Source of the DNA: Kudoa neothunni
Taxonomy: Eukaryota; Animalia; Cnidaria
Direction: 5' to 3'
NCBI GenBank assembly: GCA_964304625.1
Contig: OZ199839.1
Location: 10,387,287 to 10,451,286, forward strand
Length of the DNA stretch: 64,000 bases
The position numbers were made by a program, and so were the translations under genes. The notes under the pieces are model-generated. The model was given only the letters and a program-made list of their open reading frames with translations, was not told where the DNA came from and ran no database searches. Shown piece after piece: positions 55,701-64,000 of this stretch (its first letter is position 1; every line of letters begins with the position of its first letter).

Positions 55701-57731
55701 AAAAAATTCACAATTTTTTTAAATTGTGTTACAATCTCGCACATAAATCGCATAATTCACCCCTCTAGTTGCAGAGCGTTGTCCAAAAGTTTCAAAAAAG
55801 AGTTTTATGATACTTAAATGATAAAAATATATTTCACTCGATTATAGTTAGTTAAATTAATTGTTAATACCCAAATTAGATTCAAAAGGCGATACACATA
55901 AAATTCACTATTCATGCACACGCGTAAACAAAAATTAAGAAAAAATGGTTTATAACTAATTTTACACACTTTGTATTAATTTAAAATAAGCAACTGCTTA
56001 AAGGTAGTTATCTTTTAGTATACAATTCATATGAGATCGTTGAAATTTAATGATTTATTCATTCTATGGATAAACTAACTTTTTTATACACCCCTTAAGA
56101 AATCTGATATTGAATTTAATCGTACCAAAAGCTCCAGCCTACCTATTAACTGACCATCACATACTTGTTTCCCGCGCTAGCAGCTTTTCGGTGTTTGAAA
56201 ATTTTCGATTTACTACGTTCAACGTTGGATCGGCCATTTGGGTCAGAGTTTTTATCAGGTGTGGAAGTGATTGCTTGATTGGTAAAAAGATTGCCCCTAA
56301 CTTTAAAAGAAGGACTGAACGAAGTGTTCAAATTCGATTCTATTGAACAAGCCCTCGATAGCATTGTCTAATTAAAATACAAAGATGTACTTGCAGATGG
56401 GTGGATGAGTCTCTCGTTTAGTGGTTCATATAAAAGCGATATTCTATACGAAAAAAAATAGCTCCATTTGGCTAGATGAATTAATAATCAAAATCAATAC
56501 TCGTAATACTTATCGTCAAGCAGGCTTCTTTCGGCATCGTTGTAGAAAGACTCAGTTAAAAATTTATAGATGGGATCAATTTTTTTTAAATGATCTAAAA
56601 TAGATATTGGCATCCACATTTTAATAGCAATGACAAAATAACCATATGATGACTGTTGAAACCATGAAATACGATCTAAAATCTTCTTAACTGATTCATT
56701 CGAAGGTTTTGTTTTGTTAGATATAGAATGAGTTGTGTAGATGTGGGTAATATCGGTTAAATAAATGCCTTGATTCACAAAACTATAGACACAATCTCAC
56801 CACCAAATCAACAACTCACCCAAGTAGGGAATACATGGAAGTGATGTGTCAGCCAAATATTTCCTCAACTCATTACTACACAAACCAACAAAATCCAACC
56901 AACCAATCACATCCATAAAATCATACAAATTGTTGGTGCATGAAAACAAAGTGACAAAATTTGAATATTGCTCCTTATATTTTTTGGATAGATTCTTAGT
57001 TGGATAGCAATAACCAAAATTAACATAATCAGCTTCAACAGAAAAATTACAGCCCATGTGGCAGCCAAACGATAAATAGGAGCCATTTGTAATGCAGACA
57101 AAATAGCAAAAGTTGAATTGATGTTATTCAATGAGTACAATCTCTAGACAAACACAATTAAGAATGATTCCATAAAAAACCTCACATCCAACACACAACG
57201 TGTAGTGAGGGTGTGACAATTACCGACGCAAGTTTAATGTATTTTCTCATTGCGAATGAACGATTTTTAACACTCTTCTCCTTCAATATAGTTTGAATGA
57301 GCCAATAGGACAACTTTTGAAAATAAAATGTAACAACCAAAAACAACCACATACATTATTAAATTGATGTTCGAAACGAGTTATATTTGGAGAATTAACG
57401 TGTTTATTCCTGTTGGACCAGGAACAATTCAAAAACTCCTTCACAAAAATATTAATAGAGTACAAAATAGCAAATTACTTTTGATTCGATTTTAGAAAAT
57501 AGTTCAATATCTATTAGAGTTATTTGCTCCTATAGAATTGATTATTATATTGGAGAAAAATGCATTAGTATTGTTAAATATTTATTAGATAAATAAAGAC
57601 ATATGAGAACCATTCGGATCTATTTCTGGAAATTTTTAAAAATTCATAATTATTACAGCTAGCTCATCACATGAAGTATTCATAATATCAAATGGTGGAG
57701 TTTTAAATAAATTCTCCATACTATCGCCCAT
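52723..57731 (-). CDS. RALGPS: Ras-specific guanine nucleotide-releasing factor RalGPS-like (N-terminal CDC25 domain, C-terminal PH domain)
   Basis: EQITLIDIELFSKIESKEFLNCSWSNRNKHVNSPNITRFEHQFNN/LSYWLIQTIL...LYSLNNINSTFAILSALQMAPIYRLAATWA...LPCIPYLG/IYLTDITHI, with no REM domain. The PH domain starts HSGLVRRKTV and ends KKYKYR...LHWYAHF. A ~2.5-kb intron lies at about 53630-56140. Confidence 0.88.
54939..55653 (+). mobile_element. pogo-superfamily (POGK/Passer-like) deletion derivative in a RalGPS intron
   Basis: TA-flanked TIRs CCGTAAATATTCGAGTATAAGTCG / CGACGTACACTTGAGTATATACACGG. Internal remnant WMRGSWESV...IIQRSFKKCDISNSMDGDEDDIFWE is typical of the pogo transposase C-terminus. Confidence 0.85.
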
Positions 57732-60700
57732 CGTTGATTACATGCGCAGCCTTATGCGCACCTATGTCACCAAGGTTAAATATAAATTTGAGATTTTAAA
57801 TAGAAACCTTTCATAGAATACTCGTAAAATAAATCTGTTCATTACTACAGCAATCGAGTTATCCTAACAAAACAATCTACTCCTACATTTAATTCCTCGT
57901 ATCGGCTTATCATTTTTTGTGATATAATTATCAATTATTTGTTTGGGTAAAATGTTATTTAATTATGTATTTATTTATTCAAATGTAAATCTCTCAATAT
58001 TTTAATAGGTTAATGTGGTGGTGGACAAATTCTTTAACGTACATAAATTCACAGCTCCGTGATGTTATTTGAAGAGATAAGACCATCGAAACTTTGTGGT
58101 CATTTCATTGGTTATTTTATTTTGTAAAAAACGCCTGTGCTGTGAATTAAATGGAGCTTTAGGCGAAAAATAATTTTCTAAATGTCTGAATTAGTAAAAC
58201 TAAAAATATATATTTTTTCGTATTGTTGTACAATATGGATTATACGCTTCTTGTTTGCCTGTTAATTACGTGTTAAAGTGAGTTTTCTTACTTTTACATT
58301 AAAGCATATTTTTTAGGAATCATACTGAAATTAATTTTACAAAATTTAGGATTTACAATACAGATGATTTTTATTGATAGTATTAATATTATTATTATTA
58401 TCGACTTCCAAAATGATTGTATAATGTAGTTGTTCCCATTAATTATTTATTATGTTATATTTGCGATTTATTAAGACAGAGACTATTGACATGGTAAAAT
58501 TCAACCTTAAACGGCATGAACGCTTGCGCACTAGGAAATTTTAATCTCTGTAACTCCTACTTACGAGCTGTTTATAGATTTATTTTCTTGGAATCTGTTA
58601 TATTTAATTATTTCCGATCATTAAGAGCGAAGTGGTGGTCAAAAATAATTAAAAATAGTCAAAACTAGTGGTGTCGGAAAATATTTACCGTGCCAATAGC
58701 CATTTCCATTATTTATTCAATCATCAGATTTATATTTATTCTATTTGGGAAAATAATTAAATAAAAGTTTTCTAGCTTGGATTAGATCATATAATCACCA
58801 TTCAATAAGGAAACTTTCGAATTTAAAGTCAATCACTTATAGATATATACTCCATTTGTATTAATAAAATTAATGAATTCTGAAAACGTTATGTTAATGT
58901 TGGTAATGGATAAAATGGAAGGTTACAGTTAAATTGTCACACACTGATAATCAGATTTGGATTTTTAATTAGAAACTTGGGATTGCTTAGATTAATCTGG
59001 GAATTTGAATTTATCAATAGATTAATGAACTTGTGAAATCGGAAAAATTAAAATTAATAATTTAAGTAATATAAATAATATAAAATCAATAATTTTCAAT
59101 ATCATAGGAAAGAGGACGTTTGTCTAATAAACAATTGGAAATTTTGAGTAAATTTTACAATTTTAACATCAATAATGAGAAAACTAAAATTTTTCGACCT
59201 TTCAACTGAATGAATTGAATATTTTGTGATAAGGCCTAGTACTCTCATTATTTATTTTCCAAAATAAGTAGCTTGTTCTTCTAGGATTTATAAATGATCA
59301 ATATATAAGTGAATTAAAAATATTAAGATCAAACAACTAGTGGAATTGTTGAATTGAATGATGAAACTTCATGTTCCTGTAAGATAAAAAATCGTTATTC
59401 CTTCAATGGGACCATTTTTTGTCAAAAATCTAGAAAAAAATATGTGCCACATGTTAATAACTAGCCTCAATAAATATATTCTTTAACGAGGATAGGAATG
59501 ATCATTGTTGTGTTCTTAGCTCAATGAATAACAAAGTTTCGAATGATCCCTCATTAAATTAAGCAGTGTTTCACAAGTCCCGACCGATGAGCGTAATCCG
59601 ATTTTCGATAAACAATTTGTGGTTTGCAACTAGCGTTAAATGAGAAAAATTTATAAATATATTTTTTTATTTCAGAACGGGTTTCTTCTATAACTTTCTT
59701 ATTTATCTATATCCCAGGGGTATTCAGGGATCGATTTTCTCCTAATCCTAAAATAATAATCGAGTAACTGAGGTAAAACATGAACACGAACCCACAACGT
59801 ATGAGAGTTAAATAAACTTCCATCCACATGAGTTTGTATTGGAATTAGGTTAAAATTGCAAACCTATCATACCTTACCAAGGATTCATTTATATAAATTT
59901 TTTCCTATTAAAGAATGTCCATTGAAATTATAATTTTGCCGTCCTATAAACTTACCACGTTAGTTCAACTCTATTCGGTTATTTAAATAGCTGTAAGGTA
60001 GAATTTTAGAAAATTCGAAAACTAAATAATGGTGACGAATATAAAGCCATAAAATATCAAGAACATGCTGTAATAACAATTTGATATTTGGTATATCCAA
60101 TATAATATGTAAAAGCCATTAGTAACTGTGGGTTTGAAATATAGGGTGCGTCCTTGATCTGCTTGATTACGCCAAGCTCTTTGGTCTACAGAAAAAAAGA
60201 TTAGCGTAGGAAGATAGATAGACTCGTCATTAGAGTTAACAATACCGCCAAAATGTGTATACAAGGAAATTTTATTTATGGTGTATTTTTGGAAGAAATC
60301 TTAATTTGTTGATTAATTTTTCAAAAGATAAAAATAAATAAGAACTTTTGTTAACTTTCTGAGATGAGTAAGTTTTTATAAGGAACACTACTAGAGATCT
60401 CTAGAAAATCCGATAATACCAACTAATTGCGTATTTTAAATAATTTTTATTGTGTAATTTATTCCTGATTATAAAAAATAATATTTTCAATTTATTTATT
60501 TTAAAATATTAATTGTTAAACAATAATAACAAATTTTATTATTTTATGCAGATAATAATTTATTATCACTTATTTTTTAATGTGTCGTTGATATTTTAAG
60601 AATGTAAAATATTATTTTTTTAGAATTTTGTAATCGACGACGAATGACATGGATTTTATGACAAAATTGAGCTATCCATTATTTGAATCATACTTAAAAA

Positions 60701-60935
60701 TTATCAGGTCTGTTTATTTTGCTTCATTATTTTCTCTTATACGTCGTTGTTAATTTTGGAAAATTGAATATCTAGATTGAAATTTTGATTTTAGTTGCCT
60801 ATTTCTAGTAGTTGGAGTATTGCTCAAAATATAAATAATTAATCACAGCAGATCAAAAATATATTACACCTGAAATAAATAAATTGAGGATGTCCTTAGA
60901 GTGTATTACTATTAAAAAAGACAGATATTGCTCCT

Positions 60936-61258
60936 GTAGTCGTAGTCTTATTGGACGTGACGTGAAGGGCCGAATTAGACCTTTGTATTGGCGAAGACGT
61001 ATAAAAACGGCGCTATCTTTTGTCGAACTGAATCGAATTCCCTAAGAGAGTGGAATTAGGCGGTATTCTTCCTCAGATTACCAATTTTCAATCGGATTCA
61101 AATCTTAATATTGAAATATTAGGGACGTATTTGTTTTAACGTGGTACAATGATAGAATCGCTTACAGATCAAGCTGGCTAGATCACAAACTTGTTCTCCC
61201 AGTAAATCATTGAGTTAGTGGGTTTATAATAAAAGAAATAAAGAAACATAATGCAACA
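60936..61258 (+). mobile_element. Possible solo LTR or promoter-like island
   Basis: TGTAGT...GCAACA ends, with internal GACGTGACGTG, ATTGG, TATAAAA and AATAAA. No target-site duplication is recognisable. Confidence 0.25.
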
Positions 61259-61459
61259 TAACTCTTAGGTAGACGCATTGATATTATAAAATAATTTCTC
61301 TTGTTTGACTTTTGTTATAGATAACTCATCAAGACCAAAATTAATTTTAAATATTTTTAAAGTATTTTGAATCCAATTTAACGCCAAAGAAGACAAGAGT
61401 TAAACAGTTACAGATAGCTGAGCACTCAGAAATTAGTCAAAAAGTAAGTTCGTCAATTG

Positions 61460-62156
61460 TCAGGATGAAAAGTAACTCTTAGAATACCGCTTGAACTCAA
61501 AACTATGGCAATCGTTGTGTCGTTTTACGGCTGTTATCAACCTGGTAAGGTTCCCAATTGACTCCACTTGTTCATTCACAAAGAATTCCAATAATAATCC
61601 AATGCTTGGATCATCACTACACTGTTCGTTGATATCCAAAATGGAAGTATACACCAATTTCTCTAGGTTGAGAGCTTTCTCAAGTGCACCGAATAGAGTT
61701 AATTTATCATTTCCTGACACACATAATTCGGTCTAAGGCATTTAAGTAAGTTATCAAAGTCGACATAGAACATTGAAGTTTAGGTACATTAATAGGGCTC
61801 AAAGTAACACACCCGCCTTTGGTATTGATAAAATCAATAAACTAAATTGTTTCCGTAAAGCACGATGGTCATGGAGAGAAAATAAATACTTTATTGGCAT
61901 GATCCATTTCTTCCTTGCTCTGTTTGTCAAAATATTCAGCCGCAGCTGGAAGAGCTTGATCCGGTCTATCGAAATAGATTGCCTGAAAGGGTCAAACTCA
62001 TGTACACATTAATTGGAAAATATATATATATATATAATTTACCATAGATTTGTAAACGTATGATGCAGTTAATTCCATGTTGATTTGTTTATTCAATATT
62101 TCCTCATTTTTCTTGGATAAACACAAAGAAGTTGATATGTTTTGTTCGCCACCCAT
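61460..62156 (-). CDS. Ferritin, H-type (4 exons)
   Basis: MGGEQ...EEILNKQINMELTASYVYKSM/AIYFDRPDQALP...FDKQSKEEMDHANK/FIDFINTKGG.../...ALEKALNLEKLV...DP...FFVNEQVESI. Ferroxidase-centre equivalents of E27, Y34, E61, E62, H65, E107 and Q141 are all present. Confidence 0.93.
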
Positions 62157-62717
62157 AATAATAAGCACGCTACTTTAAAATTTTGCCCACAGAAAAATAT
62201 TTGGGATTACACAATCAAATTTAGTGTTATAAAGCTTACTTATAAATCGTGTCAGATTAGCTTTAAGATAGGGTTTGTAATTGATGGGATATCAACTCGA
62301 GATTATGATTTAGCTCTTAATATTGAAAATCATCCAAATGCCTATTGATTTTAGTGGGATATAAGGAAAAGGTCTAAAATTCATACCAAAATTATTTGAT
62401 AGCTTATTTAATTATCCATTGTTCAGCGTACGAATTTTAATGTTCGCATTGCAATAACGCTGCGATAGCTTTATTGCATAGGAAACAAAATTAAATATAT
62501 TGTTATTAATTTACGACTGAATTGTAATTAGATTTTATAGAAAGAATGGTTAGTGAATAATGGTTGTTTGTGTTCGGTACTAAGACTCGGCACAGTCTGC
62601 TTTAATTACCACAAAAAAATCAAACTAATTAAGAACAACTGAAATGCTTTAATATATTGCTAATAATTAAAATGTATTATTCGACTCTTCGGAAAATTAG
62701 TATCAAAAGCATAACGA

Positions 62718-63326
62718 CTAGAATAAATCAAAATAAGATCGGAGGTAGACAAAATAATCTTGAGGAAGATTGAACCGTGTCAGACGCTCAATCCAATTTT
62801 TAATATTGTAAGTGACCGAGTCCCCATCATCAAAAGTCTGACATGAAAGCAAACGGGGTATCTCAGCCCTTTCTCTGGGATTGACCTGTAGGCTAAACAT
62901 CAAGGAGTAAATGCAACCATCATAATTTTTTTAAATACCATTGTCGAACCAATTCCTCAATATTAATAGGATATGATGGCGGTTGATGCATTGTCACATT
63001 CTATAAAACCCCACAAATTATAGTAGAAAGCAAATGCATTTTTAACAGCAAAAACAAAGTTTTAATCATTACTCCATTTTTGATGCATTCGAATACTTTA
63101 CGAGGATCGGATTGAATATCTTTCCTTTCGGGGTAATGTATAATACTGTCACGAGTTTTGTAAAGGTCAGGATCATCTAGATACTCAGTAAAACATCCCA
63201 TCTCCAATATATGATCCATTGATAGCGCTGGAACAGGATAGATTCCATAACACATTTCCATCATAATAATTCCCAAACTCCAAATAACAGAATTGTCATA
63301 ATATTCTGGTGTTATGATTAATTCTG
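62718..63326 (-). CDS. MAP2K (MEK1/2)-like kinase, C-lobe exons; the 5' exons lie further right and mostly outside the window
   Basis: The exon begins at PE of the (S)PE motif: PELIITPEYYDNSVIWSLGIIMMEMCYGIYPVP, then an insert, then KVFECI.../...QPPSYP...EELVRQ/CLQVNPRERA. This aligns to MEK [21 protein letters not shown]...CLIKNPAERA. Confidence 0.75.
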
Positions 63327-64000
63327 GCTAGGAAAAGAAGACGTTAACAATATGGATAGTTGATCATATAAAAATTTAAAAATTATTATTCGCGATATTT
63401 ATAACATTTAAAAAATTGAATTAGTACCATTTTCACATTTAAAATATAAAAATAACCAGAGAATCAAAACTCGTTCACGTTTTTACAATAGGTGACCACT
63501 CGGTAGCAAAACCCACGAGGATTGAAAAATGTAGGAAAACTGGTAGTCACCACCCAATTTTTTGCATTAATGCGCGAATATAATGTTTTACAATAAACAA
63601 AATATAAGAACTCTCATTATTGATAAAAATTGTATTATTTTGGTTTTAATAGTTAATACTACCTTATTTTTTGTATTTTTTTCTATTTTTAAAATACAAT
63701 CTAATCTCGAATAAAATAATAATTTGGTTTTTTCTAATTAGGATACCTTGCAACGTTGAAATAATGGATAACTTAAACTGGTGAACAGTAGTAGTCATGA
63801 CATGCCTCTATGACAAATAATCAAAATAAGTGATTATTTATTATTTTTCTTATATATTTCTGTAATTGTATGATTTTTTTCATCACCCATTTTTCTGTAA
63901 TTACGAAAAACTGGTTAATTCGTAGGCAAGTTCTCGGCAAAAATATACGAAAAAAACGTAAAAACTAGTCAAAGTTAATTAAAATTTTTACATCAATTTG

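Noticed and set aside
52744-62012. Plus-strand ORFs antisense to RalGPS and ferritin exons (e.g. 52744-52947, 56110-56346, 61491-61736)
   Set aside because: They are shadow frames of real minus-strand exons.

Overview
AT-rich eukaryotic genomic DNA, not prokaryotic. The many short ORFs in the track are mostly exons of spliced genes with 40-110 nt GT-AG introns; a few kb-sized introns are filled with DNA-transposon relics. The proteins are clearly metazoan but strongly diverged, which suggests a fast-evolving, reduced animal such as a myxozoan-type parasite (inference only). Hand-spliced genes: a signal-peptide protein of at least 1,360 aa built from 14 one-exon ~90-100 aa Cys-containing modules (runs off the left edge); PDHB; SNX27 (PDZ-PX-FERM); Enhancer of polycomb; RIOK2; a pepsin/cathepsin D-family protease with DTS/DSS motifs; a RalGPS-type RasGEF; an H-type ferritin; and the 3' part of a MEK-like kinase. 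Three small orphan genes are also suggested. Non-coding features: a compact double-guide box C/D snoRNA (SNORD59/snR54 homologue) 100 nt upstream of RIOK2 on the opposite strand, a 1.07-kb two-word CTAA/CTATAA satellite, and pogo/Tigger, hAT, piggyBac-like and tRNA-SINE remnants. Several exons carry +1 homopolymer frameshifts, most likely long-read consensus errors. All gene models were spliced by eye and need RNA-seq confirmation.
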